64,000 nt of DNA from a virus (IMGVR_UViG_3300014204_000140:31074-95073), one strand, 5' to 3'. Counted from the stretch's first letter, positions 47,036-56,960 are shown. The notes: generated by a model not told the origin, from the sequence alone. Numbers and translations are program-made.

Positions 47036-48000
47036 AATTCTTCTATTCCGTTATTTTCATAATAAGATCTAGTATGATCCCATAAGTTATTATCATAATG
47101 CCATTTAATTTCTGGAAATAGAATGTCAAATTCATTACATGCTTTAAGTAACCATTTTTCAGATATTTCAAACACTCTACATTCTGGTAAATCTCCTTTT
47201 TGTAATCCTATTATATATGTTTCTTTTTTAAAATCATCTATATTTATAGACTTTTCTTTGCAAAAGTAATGTATAGCTGCCCAATAAAAAGCCATTTGTC
47301 TATAATATTTAAATTCTTCAAATGAATGTTCAAATTCTCCTAAATTACTAGTAGTTTTTATATCAATAAGTTTAATTATTTTATTCTTATGATCTATAAC
47401 TAATCTATCTATCATAGATTTACATTCTATATCTAAAAATTTAAAGAATAGTACTAATTCATTATATTCTTCTATATTATTCATTTTATCTTCATCTGTA
47501 ATATATAATAATTTATTAGCAGCGATATGATCTTTAACACATTGTTCTAGTTCATTGATTAACTTATTATCTGAATAAGTTAATATATCTTTATATTCAG
47601 ATCTCTTTTTAAGATATACTATGTATTTACTTAAAGATTTTCTAAGTTCTTCGGCTTTCTCAAGTAATTTCTCTTCTTGTAATTTCTCTGCTGAGTAGTT
47701 GTTTTTATAGGAGTATTTAAGTTTCTCCGTTTTATTTCCTCTGAAGGTAATATAATCTTCACAGAATTTTCGTTGGTTCTCAGACTTAGGAGTTTCATAG
47801 TCCAAGAATATATAGTTTTTATTAAATTCATCTGATTCTAATAATTTCATATGTATCTTCTTTCCAATCTCAAAATATCTTTTAGTTTCTTGTTCTATTT
47901 CTTTATCTAACATCTTTTTAAAGAATAGAGGAGATATTTCAAACCATTTTAATGATGATGAAGATACTCGTTTCTCATTAAAATATTCTTTTTCTGTCAT
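47032..48000 (-). CDS. PD-(D/E)XK exonuclease (RecE/DUF3799-like)
   Basis: VSSSSLKWF, G..IH..LLE, NEL, CKSMIDRL, LIDIKTT, YYRQMAFY. Confidence 0.85.
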   Translation of the reverse strand: MTEKEYFNEKRVSSSSLKWFEISPLFFKKMLDKEIEQETKRYFEIGKKIHMKLLESDEFNKNYIFLDYETPKSENQRKFCEDYITFRGNKTEKLKYSYKNNYSAEKLQEEKLLEKAEELRKSLSKYIVYLKKRSEYKDILTYSDNKLINELEQCVKDHIAANKLLYITDEDKMNNIEEYNELVLFFKFLDIECKSMIDRLVIDHKNKIIKLIDIKTTSNLGEFEHSFEEFKYYRQMAFYWAAIHYFCKEKSINIDDFKKETYIIGLQKGDLPECRVFEISEKWLLKACNEFDILFPEIKWHYDNNLWDHTRSYYENNGIEEL

Positions 48001-48083
48001 TTTCTATTATATAAATATTTAGCAAATGGAACTGCCAATATACATAATAAGATTACTATTATAAACATTGTAAGTTCTGTCAT
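47997..48083 (-). CDS. 28-aa single-TM peptide (not in track)
   Basis: MTELTMFIIVILLCILAVPFAKYLYNRK; ATGA overlap with the exonuclease start. Confidence 0.45.
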   Translation of the reverse strand: MTELTMFIIVILLCILAVPFAKYLYNRK

Positions 48084-48191
48084 ATTACCACCATTGTGGA
48101 CAATATGTCCCATTTATATTAACATATTCAGAAAATACCCGAACCTTTACTTGTTTAATTTTATCTTTAATTTTTTTAGATTTACTTTTCT

Positions 48192-48671
48192 TCATTTATT
48201 TAATTGTATTAATTTTATACATTGATCTATCTGTTTTTGATTTTTAGGCAGATATAGGTCAAATTTGATATTATTGTCAGTTAGATATTTTTTAAATAAT
48301 TTCCATCTTAGTGGAAATTGATCATTAGGCCTACCTTTTGTTTCTATAATCCATCCTATTCCTACAAAGTCTGGAGTATAAGATATATATTTGATTTTAT
48401 TTGTTCTTTTTGATAATAGATCTCCACTTCTTTTATTAGGTTCATATGATAGATTATCAAAAGTAAATGGATTTACAATTACATACTTTCTATTAGTATA
48501 TTCAAATTGTAATCCTGATTCTACTAGTTTCTTATAACAGTATATTTCTAGTTTACTATCAAACAATATTCCATTATATTCTACTTTAGCAGAATTAACT
48601 TTTTTAGTTCCTTTTTTCTTGGATTTGTTATTGGGACTTAATTGTCTTAATAACTTTTTTTGTTTCTTCAC
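48192..48671 (-). CDS. PD-(D/E)XK endonuclease (DUF1064 / T7 endonuclease I-like resolvase)
   Basis: YNGILFDSKLE, YTPDF, IIETKG, FPLRWKLFK. Confidence 0.8.
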   Translation of the reverse strand: MKKQKKLLRQLSPNNKSKKKGTKKVNSAKVEYNGILFDSKLEIYCYKKLVESGLQFEYTNRKYVIVNPFTFDNLSYEPNKRSGDLLSKRTNKIKYISYTPDFVGIGWIIETKGRPNDQFPLRWKLFKKYLTDNNIKFDLYLPKNQKQIDQCIKLIQLNK

Positions 48672-49635
48672 TTAACAATTCTTTCATTAACTTTTTTCCT
48701 TCATCTAATCCAAACTCTTTAACATAATCTGATATATCTTTATAATTAGTATATGGAATAAAGATAGTAGGAATAGTATATTTATTACTTAGTTTATTAC
48801 TACCTATTTTACCACTTTCGTCATTATCGTAGAATATAACTATTTTGATAAATCTTTTTTTAAGACTATCTATTATACATTTAGGAATTAAGTAATTCTC
48901 TCCATGTGGAGCAATTGCATTATATCCCATTTTATATAGAACCATTACATCTTTTAATGACTTAGTTATAATTAACAGATCATTTTGATATTCTAATTGT
49001 TCATAACCTTGAATATCATATGAATTACAATTACTAATCCATTTATCTTTTTTATTAGATAATGGTTTATATATTTTATATTTGTTATATATCTGATAAG
49101 CATACCCTGGATTTGCCACATTATAGGTCCAAGGTTGAACGATCTCATTAATCCAATACATCTCTATTGGAAATACATTAAAGTATCTTAAATCGCTTCT
49201 TTCAAGGCAATATTGACTCCAGTAGTTATCATCTATTTTACAAAGGTTTCTTCTACAAACTGATATAATAGTTTTAGTAGATTCATAGTCTTCTTTAATA
49301 GATATTCCTTCTACGGATCTAATTAAACTATTGTTTGTTAAATCGTTTAGTATTTTTAGTAATGACTCTCTATATGATATATTAAATAATTCTTGAACAA
49401 ATTGGATACAATTTCCAGTTTTTCCAGTAGCTAGATCTTTGTATAATAATGATTTATTCTTGATAGATTTGAATATTCCAAATGATGGGTGTTTATCATC
49501 TCTAAATGGAGACTTCATTATCCTACCTAACTTAAATGATTGTCCTATATAATATTTATATATATCATATTCTGTAACTTTTTCTAATATACTATCTATA
49601 GATAAATCTATATTTGTTAATCTAGTATCATACAT
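48628..49635 (-). CDS. dnaG: DNA primase (DnaG/TOPRIM)
   Basis: SPFRDDKHPSF, YKDLATG, LIITKSLKDVM, FYDND..G, KDISDY. Confidence 0.88.
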   Translation of the reverse strand: MYDTRLTNIDLSIDSILEKVTEYDIYKYYIGQSFKLGRIMKSPFRDDKHPSFGIFKSIKNKSLLYKDLATGKTGNCIQFVQELFNISYRESLLKILNDLTNNSLIRSVEGISIKEDYESTKTIISVCRRNLCKIDDNYWSQYCLERSDLRYFNVFPIEMYWINEIVQPWTYNVANPGYAYQIYNKYKIYKPLSNKKDKWISNCNSYDIQGYEQLEYQNDLLIITKSLKDVMVLYKMGYNAIAPHGENYLIPKCIIDSLKKRFIKIVIFYDNDESGKIGSNKLSNKYTIPTIFIPYTNYKDISDYVKEFGLDEGKKLMKELLSEETKKVIKTIKSQ

Positions 49636-49638
49636 TTT

Positions 49639-49671
49639 AAAAAAATAAAGGCTTCCATATTTCAGGAAGCC
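49639..49671 (-). terminator. Rho-independent terminator after the SSB-like gene
   Basis: Minus strand GGCTTCC-TGAAATAT-GGAAGCC followed by TTTATTTTTTT. Confidence 0.75.
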
Positions 49672-49698
49672 TGGGGATATATAAAAATGTTCTATTAA

Positions 49699-50280
49699 TT
49701 AGAACGGACTGTCATTTGTTAATACTGGAGCTACAAACCCTGCTTCAGCAAATGGGTTAGATACAGATGGAATTGGATCAGCAGTTGGTCTAGTTAATTT
49801 ATCAATAGATAAGATTTTAATCTTAGATTTCTCTTTAGATACAGTATCCATTCTTTCAATAAATCTAAATTTCCAATAATTCGGAAGACTTGTGTAGTTA
49901 CCAGAATAAACTACTTTTACTCTAAGTTTAATTCCTACATATGTATTACCAAGTAATTCTATAATTTTCTTAGCAAAATCTTCAAATGTATTGGCTTGAA
50001 AAACAAATTTCTCTTCTGGTATAAAACACATACAAATTTGTTTTATCCGACTCATTTGATTTAATTCTTTTTCTGTAACTTTCTCAGGATCAATTCCTCC
50101 TGGTTTCCATTGTGTATATACTAACTTCTCACCATTTTCTCCTTTAAAGTAGAAAGCGATGAATTCATTTGTTGCTTTTCCATATTCAACTTTAACCATT
50201 TCAACATTTTCATGAATACCAGTATCCATAAAATCTGATGTTATGGATTCGAATGGAAGATCTTTTGTTATATTATACAT
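49699..50280 (-). CDS. Putative single-stranded DNA-binding protein
   Basis: OB-fold-like beta pattern, flexible tail ending in DSPF, located between the Sak4-like ATPase and the primase. Confidence 0.55.
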   Translation of the reverse strand: MYNITKDLPFESITSDFMDTGIHENVEMVKVEYGKATNEFIAFYFKGENGEKLVYTQWKPGGIDPEKVTEKELNQMSRIKQICMCFIPEEKFVFQANTFEDFAKKIIELLGNTYVGIKLRVKVVYSGNYTSLPNYWKFRFIERMDTVSKEKSKIKILSIDKLTRPTADPIPSVSNPFAEAGFVAPVLTNDSPF

Positions 50281-50379
50281 ACTTATTTAGTTTTTAAGTA
50301 TAGTATAATAACGCTTTTAATTTAGATAACTTTGAAATTTCTATTAATTTGCATTATTACTACTAACATGATTATTAAT

Positions 50380-50747
50380 TTATTTGTTATTATTTAATAT
50401 TTCTCTTACATGTTCTAAGAACTTATTACAATCATTAGGAATAAAATCCTGATTATCTACTAAGAATATCGGTGGACATTTAGCAGAATCTTTTCCATCA
50501 GTATTTAACTTGAGATTGTATTGTTTCTTTTCGTCTTTAATTCGTACATCAGCATAGGTTACAATGGTGAATTCTTTTTCAATCATACTTTCCCATTCTT
50601 TCCCTTTGACCTTTATACGTTTTTCAATAGCTCCTTCTTCTGTTTGAATCCATTCATAATGAGCTGTTAAAAATATATCTTTTGGATATTTTTTTATGAT
50701 AAACATTAATTTACCAATTTCTTCATTATATAGATTCCAGATGTCAA
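50380..50747 (-). CDS. AAA_24 / Sak4-like ATPase, exon 2
   Basis: (F)DIWNLYNEEIGKLMF...FLTAH...EKEFTIV...SAKCP; in frame after splicing (216 aa total). Confidence 0.85.
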
Positions 50748-51771
50748 CAAATTTGTGTTAACTCATACTTTCATATGAGATCAGACTATATCTTTATTTT
50801 ATATTTCCATTGAAAACCTTTACATGTTTTTCTTAATCCTCTTAAACATCTAGATATATTCGGAGCTTTAATATTAAAAGAATTAGCAGCTTCTATAATT
50901 GAAGACCATTCTTTTATTAAATTTCCTTTTTTATCTAATTGTAAAATTTCAGTTTTAGAATTCCACTTAATATCAAATTTATCAAATGAATCTTTAAAAT
51001 ATCTAAATGTAAATTCTTTACAAGATTTTATTTTACCTTTACAACATTCTGTTATATGAGATCTTTCTATTTTTAATTCTCTAGCAGCTTGTACAGCACT
51101 TTCAAATGTATTTATTAATTTTCCATTTAATGAAAAAAGTTTTATGGGAACAGAATTTCCTTCTCCTATTCTTTTTTTCCATTCTTCTGAAAATCTTCTA
51201 CCTTTAAAAGCTTTAGATAATTTTTCTCTTGTTTCTTTTGTTATATTATATCCATACATTCCTTCACCACCATTAGTAAGATTTTTTAATTCAAATCCTA
51301 ATATTTTTAAATTAATAATCCAATATTCTTCCCAAAATTCCCAATTTTCATAAACTTCATCTATAAGTTTAATTATTGGTTTTAAATTTTGAGATTTTAA
51401 ATATTTAATCCATGATGATTTTTTAGATATAGAAGTATCAGATAAATGTGCTCTATATCTTTTCATTATTGGTTGTATAGTTTTACCTAGATATTTAATT
51501 TTATTATCTATAGGATCAATTAATACATATATACTTGTTTTCATATAAAATACTCCCTGTTTCACTCAATAGAGTTACTCTCTTTCGAGATAGTCGTTGA
51601 ACCTTATTCATATATAATTTTATTATAATTATACGTAGAATCTTGGCTGCGGGTTACCTAATATGAGTAATTTTTCCAACATTCAAATCCGTCTTTTCAG
51701 ATAATTTTGTAGTTTACTCATCTCTAAAGGCTTTCACGCAATTTAAGGAGTTAGGGCTTGACTTTATGTTT
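50748..51771 (-). mobile_element. Group I intron (1024 nt) in the Sak4-like ATPase gene
   Basis: P1 AGGGU/GCCCU with a U.G pair and P10 GUCAA/UUGAC. Core elements P AAUUGCGUGAAA, Q CCCGCAGCCAAG, R GUUCAACGACUA and S AAGAUAUAGUCU are present, with a terminal G. Confidence 0.93.
50786..51565 (-). CDS. Intron-encoded GIY-YIG homing endonuclease with NUMOD3/NUMOD1 repeats
   Basis: IYVL..YLGKT...RY..H, LKNLTNGGEG, ETREKLS, and two FES..AA...I..C..G..KTCKGF.W repeats. Confidence 0.9.
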   Translation of the reverse strand: MKQGVFYMKTSIYVLIDPIDNKIKYLGKTIQPIMKRYRAHLSDTSISKKSSWIKYLKSQNLKPIIKLIDEVYENWEFWEEYWIINLKILGFELKNLTNGGEGMYGYNITKETREKLSKAFKGRRFSEEWKKRIGEGNSVPIKLFSLNGKLINTFESAVQAARELKIERSHITECCKGKIKSCKEFTFRYFKDSFDKFDIKWNSKTEILQLDKKGNLIKEWSSIIEAANSFNIKAPNISRCLRGLRKTCKGFQWKYKIKI

Positions 51772-52054
51772 ACCCTTTCTTAGTTTCACGAGCTGTTTTT
51801 AGTACAGAATCCATGTAAGAACTAAAACTATCAAAGACTACTTCAGTTATTTTGTCATTTTTGGCATATTCGATAAGTTTGGTATAAGCATCTTGCCAAG
51901 TATTAGGACAGTAATAATGTTCAAATTTATTTATGAACGGTAATGGTTTACTTTCCATATTGATAAATCCGCAAGTTTTAGGATTCATATTTACAAATGA
52001 ATATGTTTTTCCTCTACCTGGAGATCCGACAATCATAAACTGATATGGTGTCAT
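51772..52054 (-). CDS. AAA_24 / Sak4-like ATPase, exon 1
   Basis: IVGSPGRGKT Walker A, VVFDSFS Walker B. Confidence 0.85.
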
Positions 52055-52059
52055 TTTAT

Positions 52060-52303
52060 AGTCTTTCTTTAAAAAAGACTGTTAATTAAATATATTATGT
52101 TCTGTGGCAGATATTCTACTATAAATATTTTTCAATATTTATTTTCCTCCATTCTCCGCCTAGAAAAATAAAAGAACATTATTCTCTCCTTTCTCTTTTG
52201 AGTAATCAACCCTTCCATGTCTGGACGTGTCTAACATATTAATAATATATTTCACCTTTATATTAACTATAATTAATTAACAGTCTATATTGTTAATTAA
52301 TTA
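52060..52303 (-). ncRNA. Candidate structured RNA / regulatory leader
   Basis: 14-bp closing inverted repeat (52076-52089 / 52273-52286), nested stems, four internal hairpins and alternative flanking hairpins. Confidence 0.5.
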
Positions 52304-52909
52304 TTTGCACATTTTTAAACATTTCTTCATTATCTGTGAACATAGTGATTCTTTCTTTGGAGATTTAACAAATATATCATTTGTTACTACTTCATAGATA
52401 GTACCATTTATATTTACAAGATCATTTTTAATATCAAATGTGTCATATCCAATCTTTACAAAATTGTTGAATATAGATACTTTTTCATCTATATCTATAT
52501 ATTCATTATCAAAGAGAATTTGTTTTGCAAATTTCTTACCACTTTTGTAATATGGACAATTTTTACAATCTTTATGAGGAAGATTATCTAAATTATCTTT
52601 ATAAAGATTCTTAATCATTTCTTTTATCTTATAGTAATCACTTACTAAACTATATACTTTACTATTAGATACATAATTTTTCTTTATATAGATTTCATTT
52701 TTTGTAAATACTAATAAGTCACCAAAATCAATATTTGACGCTTTTCTTAGATTTACTCCTCTACTATTATGTTTTTCAATAATATTCAATAAAGATTCAA
52801 GATAATCTCCAATACAATCATCTACTTCTACGACAAATTCTTTTGATTCTTTATCTTTATTCTTTTGTTGAACTATTGAAAATATACATCTTTCAATATT
52901 TGGTTTCAT
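52301..52909 (-). CDS. Hypothetical protein (CxxC)
   Basis: 202-aa ORF with DCKNCPY. Confidence 0.65.
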   Translation of the reverse strand: MKPNIERCIFSIVQQKNKDKESKEFVVEVDDCIGDYLESLLNIIEKHNSRGVNLRKASNIDFGDLLVFTKNEIYIKKNYVSNSKVYSLVSDYYKIKEMIKNLYKDNLDNLPHKDCKNCPYYKSGKKFAKQILFDNEYIDIDEKVSIFNNFVKIGYDTFDIKNDLVNINGTIYEVVTNDIFVKSPKKESLCSQIMKKCLKMCK

Positions 52910-52919
52910 TTTTAATTTT

Positions 52920-53577
52920 TTAATTTATTATTGGATTATATTCTTCAATACTATTGTATTTCAAATTATTTATAAAAGATAGTATTTTAGGTTCTCCTTC
53001 TCGACATTTAAGTATATGCATATAGATCATATTGTCAACAGGCCAGTTATTGATTCCATATACTCGTATACCGAGTTTTTCCGGAGTATGTAATACTATA
53101 ACATAATCACTTGAAAAGAATAAACTATCAGATCCTGATAGATCTCGTCTTTGAGGAAAATGTAAAGATGGATTAGTTATTCTACTAATTTCTTCTATTT
53201 CTCTATTTAGTTGACTTAATTGTATAATAGTTGTTTTTCCTATTTTTTTTTCTTCTATAAACATTCTTTCTAAATTTACTAATGTAGTTCTTTCTTGTTC
53301 TCCAGATTCACTTTTAGTTAATAATACATGATCAAAGTCTACTATTAACCATTTATCTTTAGCATATATTTCTCTGAATTTATCAATTGTATTTTTGATT
53401 TCAGATACTGTACCTGGACTATCTACATAATAAATCGGATAAGTCTTAATTTTTTTACTTTCTTCTTCTACCTTTTTAAAGTCTAAATCAGAAAGTGGTT
53501 CTATAACAGTATATAATTCTGATGTTGTCTTCTTTAGTTTGTAGGACAGCTTACGTCCTATTTGTTTAAAACTTAAC
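52920..53577 (-). CDS. dnaB: DnaB-like replicative helicase, exon 2
   Basis: (M)LSFKQIGRK...WLIVDFDHVLL...IIQLSQLNR...DLSGSD...SDYV...HILKCREG. Confidence 0.88.
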
Positions 53578-54551
53578 CAATGTGTTATCGTAAAGGCTCT
53601 TTATCCTTTACATCTACATTTTATTTTGTTATATATGTAGTTCAGACTATATCTTATTCCAATTAGAATTAGTTGCAGTCCATTTATCATTAATTAAACG
53701 ATAAAACGGATGAAAAGATTCTGATTTTGGAATTTCCGCTTTCGTGGTAGAATTATTGTCTACTTGAGACTCACTACTAGTCGTTGAACCTTTCTCTGTA
53801 TTACTACAAGAGCTTGGCTGCTGATTGCCCTCTTCAGGGTTTTCCAGACAATTAACGGAATTACGAGACATTTTTCTAATTTTATATAACATACAAGGAA
53901 TTTTTTGTATATATGGTTTAATTAAATATTCAAAGAGATTTCTTGAGTTTACTCTAATGTAAATTCTATTATCATTAGATATAGTTGTTTCAATATTCCA
54001 CTTATTAAATAAAAATTCTTTAAATAATATTAATGAGTCTTTATCAAATCCACAAGATGCTATTATATAGGAAGTATTTTCTGGATGTGTACTAGATAAA
54101 CTACCATCATCCATATATAAAATTGCTAGTGAAAATTCTGTAAAATTATCCAAAATTTCAGTAGTTATTTTTTTCTTCTTATTTTTATATAATATATTAT
54201 ATAATTTAGTAATTTCTTTATTACAATTTGTAATAGTAGTATTACTTTCATATAATTTTCCTGTTTTTTTACTCACAGTTTTTCGTTTATATTTATAGAA
54301 TTTAGATCCTAATCCTTCTAATATTTGACTTTTCCATTTATTATATTCGTATTGTTTAGGACCATGCTGACATTGAAACATTGCGTTTATACATTTAGAT
54401 GGTATTTTCATATTACCATCTCCTAACATACAACCTGCAAAGAATTCTTTTTGTATTTGTGTTATTTCTTGTATCATCTTTCGTTTAAATTGATTATTTA
54501 TCAAGTTATACGAAAGTTATTTGATAATGTTATATAATATCATTGTTTTTT
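53578..54551 (-). mobile_element. Group I intron (974 nt) in dnaB
   Basis: 5' exon ends GAGAU, which pairs with GUCUC near 53866. Core elements P AAUUGUCUGGAA, Q AAUCAGCAGCCAAG, R GUUCAACGACUA and S AAGAUAUAGUCU are present, with a terminal G. Splicing restores the FSLEM motif. Confidence 0.92.
53647..54504 (-). CDS. Intron-encoded LAGLIDADG homing endonuclease
   Basis: FAGCMLGDG and LAILYMDDG motifs; the C-terminal tail overlaps the ribozyme core. Confidence 0.9.
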   Translation of the reverse strand: MINNQFKRKMIQEITQIQKEFFAGCMLGDGNMKIPSKCINAMFQCQHGPKQYEYNKWKSQILEGLGSKFYKYKRKTVSKKTGKLYESNTTITNCNKEITKLYNILYKNKKKKITTEILDNFTEFSLAILYMDDGSLSSTHPENTSYIIASCGFDKDSLILFKEFLFNKWNIETTISNDNRIYIRVNSRNLFEYLIKPYIQKIPCMLYKIRKMSRNSVNCLENPEEGNQQPSSCSNTEKGSTTSSESQVDNNSTTKAEIPKSESFHPFYRLINDKWTATNSNWNKI

Positions 54552-54838
54552 ATCTCTAAACTAAAACTTAGTATGATAAAATCTATATCTGGATTTAAAT
54601 CAAATAGATCTGTTTCTAACGAATTTAGAAACGCTGACTTCCCTGCTCCGGATATTCCAGCTATTGTATAGATTGTATTAACTTCTATACCACCCATACA
54701 AGTATAATTAAATTTCTTCCATCGAGTTTTTAATGATTTGATAGCTCCTTTTCGTCTGTTATCTATATATTCGATAGCTTCATTTGTTGCATGTGAGATA
54801 TGTTTAAATGTCAAACTATTATTCGAGTTTATTGCCAT
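54552..54838 (-). CDS. dnaB: DnaB-like replicative helicase, exon 1
   Basis: IAGISGAGKS Walker A, ILSFSLE|M; spliced length 314 aa. Confidence 0.88.
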
Positions 54839-55406
54839 AACCTAGCTCCTCCGTATTAGATAAAGATTCTAGATTTTCATCTTTAATTCTTTGTTCATAA
54901 CATTTCCATTCTTCAGATGCTAACCATCTTGGTAATCTTTTCATATATGCAAGTTTACCTTCTTTTCGTTTAATTGCTATCTCAAACTGTAAACATTGTA
55001 ATATATGTAAATGTATAGCATACTTATTATTTGTTATTTTATTATAAGTACGTCTACATCTATTAAGATCTGTTCTTAAATAATCTTTAGTTCCATCTGG
55101 TCTAATTATAAATGCTGGGAATGTTTGTATAAATTCATCAAAGAAGTCACCTTGTGCTAATATACTTACAAAGTATGGTTTAATTATAAACTTGTTAAAA
55201 TCGTATTGATCATTATAATTATAATTATCAATTAATCCAGTTTTAACTAATCCAAGAAATATGTTTTTTAATTCTTCACTTGAATACAAATCAAGATATA
55301 GATTTAATAATTCATAATTCTTTTCATAGATTAATTGAGCGATTAAGAATTGATCTACTGTTATTCTGTTTTTTAACAGATAATTTACATCTACTTGTAA
55401 TAACAT
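54819..55406 (-). CDS. Hypothetical protein upstream of dnaB (possible initiator or loader)
   Basis: wHTH-like N-half, FDEFIQTFP and YMKRLPRWL..EEW; overlaps the dnaB start. Confidence 0.55.
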   Translation of the reverse strand: MLLQVDVNYLLKNRITVDQFLIAQLIYEKNYELLNLYLDLYSSEELKNIFLGLVKTGLIDNYNYNDQYDFNKFIIKPYFVSILAQGDFFDEFIQTFPAFIIRPDGTKDYLRTDLNRCRRTYNKITNNKYAIHLHILQCLQFEIAIKRKEGKLAYMKRLPRWLASEEWKCYEQRIKDENLESLSNTEELGYGNKLE

Positions 55407-55533
55407 ATTATTCCTTGTTATTATTAATGCTCTTATTATTGTAGATGTTTGTAATTTTAGATTATCTATGAGCTATTTATTATTTTCATATTATTATATT
55501 TTATTTTTAATTTGATTTAATAAGATATATTTG

Positions 55534-55743
55534 TTATCTATAGATTATGTGAAATATTGTACGTAATAACTCTAATTCTTTTATATCCTCTTGAGTATTA
55601 TCGTAATCTATAATTTTATTTGTTATAGATAGTACATGTAATTTATCTATACCTATTTTTAAGGCATCATAAATCAACCATTTTTCGTCATATGTAAATA
55701 ATTTACTAATAATCCAAAATCTAATTTTATTAATTAATTTCAT
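55534..55743 (-). CDS. Hypothetical protein
   Basis: Short ORF in a tightly packed operon. Confidence 0.5.
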   Translation of the reverse strand: MKLINKIRFWIISKLFTYDEKWLIYDALKIGIDKLHVLSITNKIIDYDNTQEDIKELELLRTIFHIIYR

Positions 55744-55744
55744 T

Positions 55745-56068
55745 TTATTTCTTTTTATTAAGTAATGACTTTGTAATTCTTTCTGGTTGATATTTAACTT
55801 TATGATTTAATAGTTCACAAATATCAGACATTTCTTCTTCTTTAGATCTAGATAAATTTTTTCTATTTACTTGAAGTTGTGATAAGTACCAAAAATCAGT
55901 TAATAATTTACTTGAAATAAGTTCATTATAATTTGATAATCTACTATCTCTTATTATATCTATTAATATACTTAATTCAGTATTTGTGAGTTCATATCCT
56001 ATATATGGACTATCTATTAAATTTAGTATTATATAATCTATTACATCGTCTATAGTTATATTTATCAT
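55745..56068 (-). CDS. Hypothetical protein
   Basis: Tightly packed ORF. Confidence 0.55.
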   Translation of the reverse strand: MINITIDDVIDYIILNLIDSPYIGYELTNTELSILIDIIRDSRLSNYNELISSKLLTDFWYLSQLQVNRKNLSRSKEEEMSDICELLNHKVKYQPERITKSLLNKKK

Positions 56069-56463
56069 ATATTTGTAATATTTAATAATTTGTTACATTT
56101 GTGTTTCCAATTTGATTTAAATACTATTCCTTTAGTTTTGTTTCTAGTATTTGTTGTAATCATATTACATTCTATATTATTATCATCTAAATGCCATATA
56201 AAGTCTTTATCTATAAAAAATGGCCATTTATCTTGATAATTAGTAAAGTAAATATGATCGTATTTTATTCCTAGGTTTTTAGCAACTTTTAATAATTCAT
56301 TATGATTGAGATGTCCATCTCTATTATTCGGATAATTAGAAGTATCTTCATATCTTGTAGTAACTATATATATATCTATTCCTTTTTCAATTAATTCATT
56401 TGCATAATTTTGAATTATTTTAAATTCTAATGTATCGTCGAAGTCAAAACTAACTTTCTCCAT
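56065..56463 (-). CDS. HAD-superfamily phosphatase
   Basis: VSFDFDDTL (DxD motif I), IVTTR, DK, HLDD. Confidence 0.8.
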   Translation of the reverse strand: MEKVSFDFDDTLEFKIIQNYANELIEKGIDIYIVTTRYEDTSNYPNNRDGHLNHNELLKVAKNLGIKYDHIYFTNYQDKWPFFIDKDFIWHLDDNNIECNMITTNTRNKTKGIVFKSNWKHKCNKLLNITNI

Positions 56464-56960
56464 GATTTGTAATGTTTAAATTTACATTCTTCACTACAAT
56501 AATGTAATATTCTTTTCTTTGCTTTTATATAAATTGGATTATTACATATTGTTAAACATTCTGGATTATCACATATAATACAGTTAAGTTTCTTCATTCT
56601 TTTTATCTATTATAATTATTCGTTTTCCACATTAAGTACAGTAGTTTATACCTACAAATTCTTCAGATCTACATCTTGGACAATTAAATATTGGTTCATA
56701 TTCTTCTTCTGCATTGCATTGATCTACATTCATTTTAATAATTATAGGAAAAAATGGAATATAGTATAATATTTTTCTAATAATTAATATTAATTTTATT
56801 ATATTAAACTTTTTGTTTAGATATTATTTCTTGTATTCCATTCATTAGTCTATCATACATACTTCCATTATAACTATCTGGAGAGTATATTGTTTTTAAT
56901 ATATCTAAACATGTAAAATAATTATTTTGCAAAATTATTACGATATCTTTATTTTCCATC

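Noticed and set aside
52076-52286. RNase P RNA, 6S RNA or a known riboswitch
   Set aside because: GAGGAAA and ACAGAA occur, but the P4-forming sequences are absent. The fold is multi-branch rather than a 6S rod, and no SAM, TPP or B12 consensus is seen.
43643-54551. Inteins or pseudogenes as the explanation for the split ATPase and helicase genes
   Set aside because: In-frame stops follow each 5' exon, and group I core elements and U|G junctions are present.
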